Under the pieces are notes generated by a model that did no database searches, was not told where the DNA came from, and was given only the letters and a program-made list of their open reading frames with translations. Source: a virus (lineage: Duplodnaviria > Caudoviricetes). From it: a stretch of DNA of 60,554 nt. Location: the IMG/VR virus record IMGVR_UViG_3300028585_000006, positions 1-60,554 of that record. One strand, given 5' to 3'. The position numbers and the translations under genes were made by a program. This document shows, piece after piece, positions 28,824 through 37,974 of the stretch (positions are counted from its first letter, which is position 1; each line of letters opens with the position of its first letter).

Positions 28824-28997
28824 TCAGCCGGCCAGGAGGACGTACAGCGCGACGCCGATCCAGATGACCGCGACGAGGCCCACGCAGATCAGCGCGGCCA
28901 GGAGACGCGTCGACTTTTGCTGGGCGCGCCACCGGCGCTGCTTGTCCCGGAGCACGGCGGGGGGCTCGGTCGGGTAGTCGGGTCGCATCTGGGCCAT
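28824..28997 (-). CDS. Small membrane protein
   Basis: 57 aa, manually translated, C-terminal TM LLAALICVGLVAVIWIGVALYVLLAG. Confidence 0.6.
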   Translation of the reverse strand: MAQMRPDYPTEPPAVLRDKQRRWRAQQKSTRLLAALICVGLVAVIWIGVALYVLLAG

Positions 28998-29045
28998 GTC
29001 GCCAGGATGACAGCCCGAGCCCGAGAGCGAGCCCCCGCCGCGCCG

Positions 29046-29639
29046 TTACCCCTCGGGGACGACGATCCGGTACGCCATCACGCCGGACGGGGAGCTGAGG
29101 TCGTCGACCCGGCGATGGTAGGTGCCCTTCTGCCGGTACTCGCGGCGCGTGGCGACCATGTTCTCGAACGTCCAGTTGCTCGCCGGGCCGAAGTCGAGGC
29201 GGCTGACGCCGGTCTCCGACCCGGGGGTGACGAGCTCGAGGTGAGCCGATGCCACGCGGGCCACGGTCCGCGGGCCAGCGATCCGCTGGAAGCCCTCGCG
29301 CTTGAGGAGGTCGACCACCTCGCCGTCCTCGCGGATGTGCTCGTGCTGGACGATCTCGAGCGTGACGCCGGGACGGCCCAGGAGCCGCTTGAACGCCGCG
29401 AGGTTGTCGGGGGTGTGTGGAGATGGCACGTCGATCCTTCGCTGCAGAGACTCCGCCAGAGCGTCGAGGGCGGGGTCGTTGGGGGTGATGTGGGAGAGCC
29501 TGCCGGCGAGCCGGACGCTGCCCGGGTCGCCGACGTGCTCGCCGAGGGTGAACGTCGAGTCCGTCGGGCTCACCTCGAGCGTGGTCGGCTTGCCGCTGCC
29601 GCCGAGGAGCGTGACGAGGATCCGCAGGGGCATCGTCAC
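29046..29639 (-). CDS. Hypothetical protein
   Basis: GTGA-coupled ORF. Confidence 0.65.
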   Translation of the reverse strand: MTMPLRILVTLLGGSGKPTTLEVSPTDSTFTLGEHVGDPGSVRLAGRLSHITPNDPALDALAESLQRRIDVPSPHTPDNLAAFKRLLGRPGVTLEIVQHEHIREDGEVVDLLKREGFQRIAGPRTVARVASAHLELVTPGSETGVSRLDFGPASNWTFENMVATRREYRQKGTYHRRVDDLSSPSGVMAYRIVVPEG

Positions 29640-30034
29640 CACGTCCAGACGAGCGACTTGAGGAGCAGCTGCGGCGCCTCGTCGAGGCCGTAGACCCACC
29701 GGGTGATCCCGAGATCCAGGTCGGCGACCTCGTGCCCCGGCCAGACGCCGACCTCGGTCGTCAGGTAGTTCTCGTCGTCGGCCGAGACGATCACGAGCAC
29801 GCCGTGGCTGTCGGCGACGTCGAGCACGACGTCGCGGTGCTCCCAGATGTTCTCGTCGGCGGCCTCGGCCCACGCCTGCAGGACGCCGCGCGCGTCGTCG
29901 TCGTGGAGGTCGAACGAGGCGCCGCGCTCGAACGCGAGCTGGGTCGCGTTGTAGCCGACGCCGGCCGTGTCCGGGTACGTCACCCGGAACGTGACGCCGG
30001 GGCGCCCGCGGACCATGCCGTCGTCGCCGCTCAC
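29636..30034 (-). CDS. Hypothetical protein
   Basis: GTGA-coupled ORF. Confidence 0.65.
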   Translation of the reverse strand: MSGDDGMVRGRPGVTFRVTYPDTAGVGYNATQLAFERGASFDLHDDDARGVLQAWAEAADENIWEHRDVVLDVADSHGVLVIVSADDENYLTTEVGVWPGHEVADLDLGITRWVYGLDEAPQLLLKSLVWTW

Positions 30035-30417
30035 AGCTCGATCCTGTCGTGCACGGGGAGCAGGACGCTGCCGCTGGGCGACGGGTAGCCGACCGCGCTG
30101 CAGAGGTCGTACCACCGGGAGTCGGACGAGCCGACGTACGTGCCGCCGTCCATCCCCTCGCCCGGCTCGAAGTCGAGCGGGACGACGTACCAGGCCGGTC
30201 GCCCCCAGAGGTTGCGCCGCACGATCTTGACCGCCGGCATGTCGAGGGCCGGACTGAAGATCTTCGGCGCGTCCTCGTCGATGAGCACGACGCGGTCGAC
30301 GGACGGCGCGATGCCGCGGCTGTTGGTCGGCCACGCGTTGTAGGCGGCGCGATCGCCGCTGCGGTAGACCCACAGCATCAGGCCGCGGTAGTCGGGCTCG
30401 GGGGTCGGGTCGGTCAC
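30031..30417 (-). CDS. Hypothetical protein
   Basis: 128 aa; MDGGTYVGSSDSRW...LPVHDR. Confidence 0.7.
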   Translation of the reverse strand: MTDPTPEPDYRGLMLWVYRSGDRAAYNAWPTNSRGIAPSVDRVVLIDEDAPKIFSPALDMPAVKIVRRNLWGRPAWYVVPLDFEPGEGMDGGTYVGSSDSRWYDLCSAVGYPSPSGSVLLPVHDRIEL

Positions 30418-30758
30418 AGGAACTGTCCTCTCAGGAACTCACGGAGGTCGTCGCCGTCGCGGATCTCGACGACCTGGATCTGGGCCAGCTGCTCGGCGAG
30501 CGGCACGGCGGCGGCCGCGGCGAAGTACTCGACGGCGCGCTGCACACCGGGGAGCTCGTCGGGACCGATCGTGACGACGTCGCCGCCGCCCGCGGGGAGC
30601 ACGCCGTAGCCACGCTCGACGATGTCCTCGTCGAGTACTCGGACGGTGCGCTCGGCCTCAGCGACCGGCACGATGGCCTCGGCGCCGGTCTGGTCGTCGA
30701 CGAACACGAGTCGGTCGTCGCCGACGAGCTGGACGACGAGGCGGTCGGAGACGCGCAT
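30414..30758 (-). CDS. Hypothetical protein
   Basis: Coupled ORF, 114 aa. Confidence 0.65.
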   Translation of the reverse strand: MRVSDRLVVQLVGDDRLVFVDDQTGAEAIVPVAEAERTVRVLDEDIVERGYGVLPAGGGDVVTIGPDELPGVQRAVEYFAAAAAVPLAEQLAQIQVVEIRDGDDLREFLRGQFL

Positions 30759-31288
30759 CAGCTGACCTCGTCGATCGAGACGTACCAGAGGGCCACGTGC
30801 GCGACGGTGAGCGGCGAGCCGTTGTCGCTTGCGAGGTCGCCGCCCGCGCCGATCGAGAACCGGAGGACGTGCTGCTCGTGCTCGGCGTGCTGCAGCCGGA
30901 GGAACAGGGTCTCGCCGTCGAACACGAACAGCTCGGCGTGGATCTCGCCGTCGGGCAGCTCGAGCACGAGCTGGTCGAGCGTGGCCTGCTGCGCCCGGGT
31001 GGACCGGAGGAGAGACGTTGCCGGGTCGTCGGGCACGTCCATCTTGCGGACGGTGACCGGCATGACGCCGGGGTCCTCGTTCGCGAGGTCGTCGTTCGTG
31101 ACGTACAGGTAGTCGAGCACGATGACGGTGCCCGCCGAGTACTCGACGTCGCCCTCGTCGTCGTGGAGGTCGACGAGGGTCTTGATGATGACGCCGTCGG
31201 TGCCGTGGTGGCCGAGCACCTCGGCCGGGTACGCGTCGGACCGGTGGTTCACGCCGATGATCCTGCCGACGGGCAGCTCGACGCTCAC
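30758..31288 (-). CDS. Hypothetical protein
   Basis: GTGA-coupled ORF. Confidence 0.65.
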   Translation of the reverse strand: MSVELPVGRIIGVNHRSDAYPAEVLGHHGTDGVIIKTLVDLHDDEGDVEYSAGTVIVLDYLYVTNDDLANEDPGVMPVTVRKMDVPDDPATSLLRSTRAQQATLDQLVLELPDGEIHAELFVFDGETLFLRLQHAEHEQHVLRFSIGAGGDLASDNGSPLTVAHVALWYVSIDEVS

Positions 31289-31584
31289 GACTGGATCTCC
31301 AAGGCGAGCTGGCCGACGGCCGCGAGGAGGGTGGTTTTCTTGTCCTCGCGCGCCCATCGCTGGATGTCCTCGAGCTCCTCGCGCTTGACGAGCGCGATGT
31401 CGAGGTGACGCTCGTCGTCGCCGACGACCTCGAACTGGCCGACGACGTTGCCGTTGACGTCGAGCAGGCGGCCCTTGTTCCGGTGACGCGAGAGCTGCTC
31501 GGCCGCGTCGGCGAGGACGCCGGCGAGGTCTTCGGGGGTCCGCATCTCGCTGTTGGTCATCTTGACCTGCATGGTGAACTGCAC
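31285..31584 (-). CDS. Hypothetical protein
   Basis: 99 aa; GRLLDVNGNVVG; AAGGAACAG RBS. Confidence 0.7.
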   Translation of the reverse strand: MQFTMQVKMTNSEMRTPEDLAGVLADAAEQLSRHRNKGRLLDVNGNVVGQFEVVGDDERHLDIALVKREELEDIQRWAREDKKTTLLAAVGQLALEIQS

Positions 31585-31681
31585 GGGCTGTTCCTTCCGT
31601 AGTGGTGATGGTGAAGTGCTTTCACACTATGGGGGAACCACCCGCTCCCGAGGGGTGAGAGCGGGTGGTTCGAGGGGTGAT

Positions 31682-32116
31682 TCAGATCGTCGGATCGGTG
31701 TACGTGTGGGCCACGCTGACGCGCCGCTGACCGAAGCACTCCGGGCACATCTCGCGCGGCGGCCGAGATCCCCAGGAGCCGACGGCCACCAGGCCCGAGC
31801 CGCGGCACAGCCGGCACTCGGTGAGCAGCTCGTGCGCGAACGGAGCCTCGTGGATCCAGACCTCCTCACCGGCGCCGGCGTCGTGCCACAGCTCGAGCAC
31901 GATGCCCTGCCCCGACTCGTGCCAGGCGTAGATCCACGCGCCCGCGGCCTCGTCCCACAGGACCGTCCGCATCTGCTCGGTGTCGTCGTTGGCCCACAGC
32001 TCGGCGAGCCGGTCGAAGGTCGCCTTGTCGATCGAGAGGCCGTCGTCGCCGTGGTCGGTCACGGGCACGGTCGTCAGCTCACCGTCGGCGGCCGGGTACG
32101 TCACGCTCTCGATCAT
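31682..32116 (-). CDS. Protein with DnaJ-like CxxCxG zinc finger
   Basis: CRLCRGSG...CPECFG. Confidence 0.65.
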   Translation of the reverse strand: MIESVTYPAADGELTTVPVTDHGDDGLSIDKATFDRLAELWANDDTEQMRTVLWDEAAGAWIYAWHESGQGIVLELWHDAGAGEEVWIHEAPFAHELLTECRLCRGSGLVAVGSWGSRPPREMCPECFGQRRVSVAHTYTDPTI

Positions 32117-32118
32117 GG

Positions 32119-32697
32119 TCAGTCGCCGATCCCGTAGCCGGTCGACCCGCCGCACCGGGCGCACGACCACTCGTCGTACCAGGCGTGCTGCGTGTAGGTG
32201 ACGTGGCCGACGCCGCCGCAGTGCTCGCACCGGGGGAGGACGTCGTACGACCTCTCGCCGATCCGGTGGCTGCTGAACCGGTCGAAGCCCTCGGGGAGCT
32301 CGACCTCGGACTCGTGCACGAAGCCCGCGCCGTAGCTGCCCGCCGTGTCGCTGAGCTTGACGGTCGCGCCGCACCGGCACCGCATCGGCTGCGTCTCGGC
32401 CGTGAGGATCGGCACGGGGATCGTCGGGGCGACGTAGCCGTAGCCGGCGTTCTGCGACGACCGCGACACCGGCTCGGCCGGAGGGGTGAGCTTCGCGATC
32501 TCGACCCACCGGCGCCGGCCGATCGGGGACGGCTTGCCGCCGTCCTCGCGCACGACGGGGAGCAGGCTGTCGGTGACCGGGCCGACGACCAGGAACACGG
32601 TCGACGAGTTGTTCCCGAGGACGATGCGGTCGCCGGGCTTGAGGGCGGCCACGTAGGCCTCGGTGAACGCGGGGACGGGGTGAAGGGTGGGGCTCAT
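32119..32697 (-). CDS. Zinc-finger-containing hypothetical protein
   Basis: CRCG, CEHCGG, CARCGG. Confidence 0.7.
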   Translation of the reverse strand: MSPTLHPVPAFTEAYVAALKPGDRIVLGNNSSTVFLVVGPVTDSLLPVVREDGGKPSPIGRRRWVEIAKLTPPAEPVSRSSQNAGYGYVAPTIPVPILTAETQPMRCRCGATVKLSDTAGSYGAGFVHESEVELPEGFDRFSSHRIGERSYDVLPRCEHCGGVGHVTYTQHAWYDEWSCARCGGSTGYGIGD

Positions 32698-32725
32698 GGT
32701 GATCTCCTCTGAGGGGGTCGGGAAA

Positions 32726-32749
32726 GGGCCCCGGCGGATGCCGGGGCCC
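32726..32749. terminator. Intergenic hairpin
   Basis: GGGCCCCGGC-GGAT-GCCGGGGCCC perfect 10-bp stem. Confidence 0.6.
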
Positions 32750-32762
32750 GGGGGGTGAGTGG

Positions 32763-33086
32763 CTACCAGTTCTCGAGGGCCGAGGGGCAGAAGACGCTCA
32801 GCGCCTTGTGGAGACGCTCGCGCAGCATGTACTCGACCGGCGAGTACTCCTCCTGCTGAGCCTTGGCCCGCGCGGTGAGCTCGTGCACGCCCATCCCGAT
32901 GAGGAGGACCGTCTCGAGGTCTTCGAGGTTGATCAGATCGGTGTGGCTGCTCGGGAGGTAGGGACCGAAGGTGTCGGTCACCTGGTCCAGCGTGGTCGGG
33001 GCCGAGAGGTCCGACTGGCTGGCGTGGAAGACGGACTCGAGGGACATGAGGGCGATCAGGTTGCTGATCTTCGGGGTGTTGTTCAT
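32763..33086 (-). CDS. Hypothetical protein (leaderless)
   Basis: ATG 7 nt after TAGTGT. Confidence 0.7.
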   Translation of the reverse strand: MNNTPKISNLIALMSLESVFHASQSDLSAPTTLDQVTDTFGPYLPSSHTDLINLEDLETVLLIGMGVHELTARAKAQQEEYSPVEYMLRERLHKALSVFCPSALENW

Positions 33087-33159
33087 AGCAATAACACTAT
33101 GGGACAACGGACGGTATAGGCCTGTTTTTCGGGGCCAGAACGGGTGAGAAACGGGTGGT

Positions 33160-34821
33160 TCAGTACTTCGCCATGACCGCCCGGACGCCCGCCACCTGCA
33201 GCGCGTTCGCGCCCTTCGCCACCGCGGAGTCGGCGTTCGCCACCGTGCCGACGATGTGCCCGAGGACCCGCTTCGACCCGGCGATCGTCTTGATCGCCGC
33301 CCACGCTCGCGCGTCCGCGGCGTACTCGAGGCCGAGGTAGTCCCACTTCGACGCCGTCGCCGACGTGCTCTGCGAGTCCGTCCGCACGATGAACCGGCGC
33401 CCGGCCTCCGTGCCGTCGGGAGACGACGACAGCGGCTCGAGCGCGCCGACGTCGGCCGTGTAGCTGTACCCCCACACGGGGCAGCCGATGCCGTGGAACT
33501 CGTCGGCGATCGCCGTGCCCGTCGTGTAGTACTTGCCGATCACGTGCGACCGGTAGCTCGGGATCTGCTGCAGCCGCGGCATGAGGATGGTGCGCCGCTG
33601 CGTCGTGTTGAGCAGCTTCGGGTCGAATGCCAGCGTGTGTGTCGCCGCCCACCGGTCGACGAAGTCGTCGAGCTTGAGGTACGGCGCCGTCGTGAAGCGC
33701 GTGTCGCCCCTGTTGGGGAGGTCCTGCACGAGCTGGGAGATCTGCGCCCACGTCAGGTCGGTCGGCTTGACGTCGGTGCCGCCGTTCGCCGCGGTCGGGC
33801 CGAGGGACGACGACGTCCGGTTCAGGGTGTCGTCGTGGAGGCCGAACAGCACGCCGTCGGAGCTGATCCCGACCGAGAACTCCATCACGTCGATGTGGTT
33901 GATCGCGCACTCGAAGTAGCCGCGCTCGCTGTGCTCCTGGTAGTCGATCGACCCGCCGCGGTGGCCCATCGTCCAGACGCGGGAGATCGTCGAGAGGTCC
34001 TGCACCGTCAGCCCGCCGTGGACGTAGTCGAGCTTCGCCAGGCCGACCTCGACGACGGAGCCGGAGCCGTCGCTCGCCGCGGCCGTGGCCGTGAGCCCGA
34101 CGTTCACGATTGCGCCGGTCTCGTCGACGACCTTGCCGGCCAGCTTCGGGATCGTCGGGGTGGTCGTCTCGACGCCGGGGAAGCCGATGAGCAGCGCGGC
34201 GCCGTTCGACGCCTGCGGGTTCTGGTACGTCGCGACGGCCGTGCCGGTCGCCCCGGCGGTCGCCATCTCCTTGTACCCGAGGAGGACGGTCTCGATCTCG
34301 TTCGTGCTCGTCTGCGGGGTGAAGTGCCAGAACGTCGCACCGGAGATCGTCGGCGGCGTCGCCGTCTCGCCCGTCGTCGTGGCCTCGCCGAAGATCGCGA
34401 CGACCATCGTGTTCGCCTGCGACGTCGTGATGCTCAGCGCGGTCGTCTGCAGGTTCGTGTCGACCGGGGACGTGCCGCGGTTCTTGCCGGTGCCGAAGAT
34501 CCACGTCGCCGGGTCGGTCTTCGCCGAGCCGAGAGCTGCGACCGACAGCTTGCCGGCGCCCGACGTCGCGCGGGAGATCGTGACGCTGGTCTCGCCCGCC
34601 TCGCGGACCTTCGTGAACACGAGGAGCACGCGCGTGTTGTGGGTGACCGAGTACCGCTGCGTCCAGCCCGCCGGGGCCGGGACCGTGGCGCTGGTGACTT
34701 GCTCGATGGTCGCGATCATCACGTCGCCGACGGCCACGGACGAGTCGAACGTGTGGACGTGCGTGCCGCCCGACAGGATCGTGTACGTCGGAGTCCGGCG
34801 GACCGGCATCGTGAACGCCAC
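33160..34821 (-). CDS. Virion-type beta domain fused to glycerophosphodiester phosphodiesterase (GDPD)
   Basis: MGHRGG...EHS...MEFSVGISSDGVLFGLHDDTLNRT GDPD motifs; GTG 34821 with GGAG RBS. Confidence 0.8.
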   Translation of the reverse strand: MAFTMPVRRTPTYTILSGGTHVHTFDSSVAVGDVMIATIEQVTSATVPAPAGWTQRYSVTHNTRVLLVFTKVREAGETSVTISRATSGAGKLSVAALGSAKTDPATWIFGTGKNRGTSPVDTNLQTTALSITTSQANTMVVAIFGEATTTGETATPPTISGATFWHFTPQTSTNEIETVLLGYKEMATAGATGTAVATYQNPQASNGAALLIGFPGVETTTPTIPKLAGKVVDETGAIVNVGLTATAAASDGSGSVVEVGLAKLDYVHGGLTVQDLSTISRVWTMGHRGGSIDYQEHSERGYFECAINHIDVMEFSVGISSDGVLFGLHDDTLNRTSSSLGPTAANGGTDVKPTDLTWAQISQLVQDLPNRGDTRFTTAPYLKLDDFVDRWAATHTLAFDPKLLNTTQRRTILMPRLQQIPSYRSHVIGKYYTTGTAIADEFHGIGCPVWGYSYTADVGALEPLSSSPDGTEAGRRFIVRTDSQSTSATASKWDYLGLEYAADARAWAAIKTIAGSKRVLGHIVGTVANADSAVAKGANALQVAGVRAVMAKY

Positions 34822-34823
34822 GC

Positions 34824-36575
34824 CTAGCTCCTGTACCCGACGAGCGTGCCGACCGGGGTGTTCGTCGGCGCCAACGTCGCGCCGGATGCCAGGAGGATGA
34901 AGCCGCCGGGGACGCCCTGCGCGCCCTGCTGGCCGTCCTGGCCGGTCCCGGTGATCCCGAGGGAGGTGCGCGCGGCCGCCTGCGACGTCGCCGTGATGAC
35001 GCTGCGCCCGGTCGCGGTCGAGTCGCTGATGTCGGTCGACGCCGGCGCATAGTTGCCGGGCTTCGCCGTGCCGGCCGTCGAGCCGAGCGTGAGGTCGGAC
35101 GAGCCGGTGCCGGCGCCGATCGCCGCGCGCGCTGCAGCGGCGCTCGCCGCGGTGACCACACCGCGGCCGAACGTCGTCGAGTCGCTGATGTCCGACGCCG
35201 TGTGCGTGTGCACCGCGGCCGCCTTGCCCGAGAGGGCCGTCTGCGTCGCGGTGCTCACGGGCTTCGCCGCGTCCGAGGTGTTGTCGACGTTCGCCAGGCC
35301 GACGTCGCCCTTGCCGAGCACGACGGTCCCGACCTGGCCGTTTACGGAGGAGACGGTGTCGGCGACGCTGTCGAGCCGGTTCCAGTTCGCCAGTGACGTC
35401 GCGGGGAACGCCATGAGCATCCAGGTGCCCTTGCCGTCGGCGCGGATCGCGAGGTCGCCGGGCTGCACCTGCGACGCCGTGAGGGCGAGCATCGCGGCCT
35501 CGTCGGCGACGGGCGCGCTGGTGTGCAGCGCGAGGGGAGGCAGCTGCGACGTCGGGATGAGACCGCCGACGAGATCCGCCTTCGCGGCGAGAGCGTTCGT
35601 CGCGGCCGTGCTGAGGGGCTTCGCGGCGTCGCTGGTGTTGTCGACCTGGCCGAGCCCGACGTCGCCCTTCGCGAGGGTCACGGCGCCCGTCTTGCCCGCG
35701 ACCGAGGTCACCGGAGCCGACTGCAGGGCGCTGTTGGCTCGGTTGAGGGAGTCGATGACGGACTGCGCGAGGTTCGCGGTCGTCAGGCCGTTCACGGGCA
35801 TCGTGAACTTGCCGTTGGCCGTCGTCTGCGCGTTCGTCGCGGCCGTCTGGGCGCCCTCGGCCGTCGTCCGGATGCTGGCGATCGCCTCGCGGAACGCCGT
35901 CGCCAGGGAGGTCTCGGGGATCCCGCCGGCCGGGAAGACGTACGCGGCCGCGCCGAGCGCGTAGGCGGCGTCGGCGCGCTGCTGGGCGTCGGCCGCCGAC
36001 TGCCGCGCCACGAGGTCGGTGCCGTCGCCGGTGCCGCCTTCGCCGGGCGTGCCGGTGCCGACGCTGTCGGCGATCGCCTGCGCCCGGTCGGCCTCGGCCT
36101 CGGCGCGGTTGGCCGCGGCGATCGCGTCGAGCCGGGACTGCTCGGAGACGACGGTGACGACGTTGGGCTGGGCGCCGACGTTCAGCACGGAGGCGAGGTT
36201 GACGGTCGTGCCGGCCGGGAGGTTGAACGTCACCGGCGCCGGCTGCGTCGAGATCCCGGAGAGCTGGAACGTCGCGACCCACTGGAACGAGGACGGCTGC
36301 AGGTTCGGGGCGTCGGTCGCGAGTACTCGGAGGACGGTCTTCCCGTCGGGCGCGACGAGCTTGCCGTTCACGAGCTGGCAGACGAGCGGCCGGGCGGCGA
36401 CGATCCTCATGCTCGAGTCGGTGCCGATCTGCCGCCAGATCCCGACGTTCGGCGTGAGCATGACGACGCCGGTGAGGAGCTCGAGGTCGGGCGTGAGGTC
36501 GGCGTCGTCACCGTCGGCGAGCACGCCCACGGCCTCGAAGACGATCGTGCCGGAGGAGAGGTCGGTGTAGGCCAT
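34824..36575 (-). CDS. Fibre-like structural protein with internal repeats
   Basis: Two V(T/S)SVxGxxGxVxLxKGDVGLxxVDNTSDAAKP repeats, two DISDSTxxGR repeats, short Gly-X-Y run. Confidence 0.75.
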   Translation of the reverse strand: MAYTDLSSGTIVFEAVGVLADGDDADLTPDLELLTGVVMLTPNVGIWRQIGTDSSMRIVAARPLVCQLVNGKLVAPDGKTVLRVLATDAPNLQPSSFQWVATFQLSGISTQPAPVTFNLPAGTTVNLASVLNVGAQPNVVTVVSEQSRLDAIAAANRAEAEADRAQAIADSVGTGTPGEGGTGDGTDLVARQSAADAQQRADAAYALGAAAYVFPAGGIPETSLATAFREAIASIRTTAEGAQTAATNAQTTANGKFTMPVNGLTTANLAQSVIDSLNRANSALQSAPVTSVAGKTGAVTLAKGDVGLGQVDNTSDAAKPLSTAATNALAAKADLVGGLIPTSQLPPLALHTSAPVADEAAMLALTASQVQPGDLAIRADGKGTWMLMAFPATSLANWNRLDSVADTVSSVNGQVGTVVLGKGDVGLANVDNTSDAAKPVSTATQTALSGKAAAVHTHTASDISDSTTFGRGVVTAASAAAARAAIGAGTGSSDLTLGSTAGTAKPGNYAPASTDISDSTATGRSVITATSQAAARTSLGITGTGQDGQQGAQGVPGGFILLASGATLAPTNTPVGTLVGYRS

Positions 36576-36739
36576 GCCCGGATCGTAGCTCCGCGCTGTC
36601 GGCGGCCACGTGCCCGACGAGCCGAGGGGCGGTCGGAGCGGCGCGAGGATGGCCCAGGACGGCCGAACGCCCCGCACCTCGGGTCAGGGAAGGTGCGGGG
36701 CGTTCAGGGGGCGAGCCTGCCAGGGAGGCGCTGCCGACG

Positions 36740-37924
36740 TTACTCGGTCGGGACGAGCGCGTCCAGGTCCGTCTCGTGCGTGTCGATGTCGGCCACCAGG
36801 CGCGACGCCGTGCCGCCGACGGAGAACCCACGGAGGTCGCCGGACTTGATGAGGTCCCAGGCCCACTCCTCCCAGATCACGCCCATGAACGGCGTGCCCG
36901 CCGGGTAGGTGTGCTTCTGCATCCCCTCGGGGCCCTCGACGGGGACCGACAGCGGGAACGGGACGGTCGCGAGCTCGACCCACCGGCCGGCCTTGATGAG
37001 CGTGTTGTGCTGCAGCATGATGTCGCGGTTGCCGGCGTCGACGTACTTCCACAGCGCCTGCTGCACGGTGTCGGCGGTGGCGAACTCGCCGTGCGCGTCG
37101 ACCGAGTCCGGGACGTACCAGGGGCCGTAGGTGTATCGCTGCTCCTCGGAGACGACGGCCTGCTTCGCGACGCTCTTCGCGAGGTCGGGGTAGTAGACGT
37201 TCGGCGCCGACGCGATGCCGGGCACGTAGTCGTCGTCGTCCCAGTAGCCGAGGCCCTCGTTCCACTGCAGGCTGACGGGGTACTCGAGGCCGCCGAAGTA
37301 GATCGTGAGCTGGTCGACGGTCAGGCTCTTCGGCGCGACGACGACCGAGGGGGTCTCCTTCTCGGCGGGCACGTACGCGACCGTGATGTGCGGGTGGTAC
37401 TCGGGGTGCTCGGTCGAGTACTCGATGCCGGCCTCGTCGAGCTTCGACCGGAGGAGCTCGTTCAGCGCGCCGAGGCCGGGGATGTCGACGCCGAGCCACA
37501 GGGCCTCGTCCTCGGTGCCGTCGCCGAGGAACCGGCCGAAGCCGTTGATCTTGCCGCGGAGGATCGACGTGTCGACGGCGATCTCGTTCACGATGCCGAT
37601 GATCGTCCGCTGCTTCTCGACGTCGTAGTCGGCGATGTCCCCGAGGTAGAGCACGGTGAGGTGGATCTCGTCGGCAGGCTCGCCGCCGGGGATGGCGTAC
37701 ATTTCGCGGTCCCAGCTCTGCGGCTTCCAGGCGATCATCACGCCCTTCGGTCGCTGCACGAGGATGTCGACGTCGCCGTTGCTCTCGACGGTGACGACCT
37801 CGATCGACTGCAGGCCGGCGGCGCGGGCGGACTCGACGGCCGTCGTGAAGCCGTCGTCGTCGTACTCCTTCGCCAGCTTCGTCGCGGCGGCGATCGTGAG
37901 GGACTTGCGGAGGGTCTCGGTCAT
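36740..37924 (-). CDS. 2H-phosphoesterase fused to XkdF-like capsid maturation protease
   Basis: IHLTVLYLG and HPHITVAY (two HxT motifs); EQRYTYGPWYVPDSVDAHGE...WDLIKSGDLRGFSVGG; start 37924 or 37933. Confidence 0.8.
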   Translation of the reverse strand: MTETLRKSLTIAAATKLAKEYDDDGFTTAVESARAAGLQSIEVVTVESNGDVDILVQRPKGVMIAWKPQSWDREMYAIPGGEPADEIHLTVLYLGDIADYDVEKQRTIIGIVNEIAVDTSILRGKINGFGRFLGDGTEDEALWLGVDIPGLGALNELLRSKLDEAGIEYSTEHPEYHPHITVAYVPAEKETPSVVVAPKSLTVDQLTIYFGGLEYPVSLQWNEGLGYWDDDDYVPGIASAPNVYYPDLAKSVAKQAVVSEEQRYTYGPWYVPDSVDAHGEFATADTVQQALWKYVDAGNRDIMLQHNTLIKAGRWVELATVPFPLSVPVEGPEGMQKHTYPAGTPFMGVIWEEWAWDLIKSGDLRGFSVGGTASRLVADIDTHETDLDALVPTE

Positions 37925-37974
37925 GGGGGTCATCTTCCTACTCGGGGTCGTGTGTGTGCGAGGGCGGCGCGCCG

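Noticed and set aside
35020-35700. Duplicated DNA segments suggesting a DGR template/variable repeat pair
   Set aside because: In-frame protein repeats of the fibre gene; no reverse transcriptase recognised
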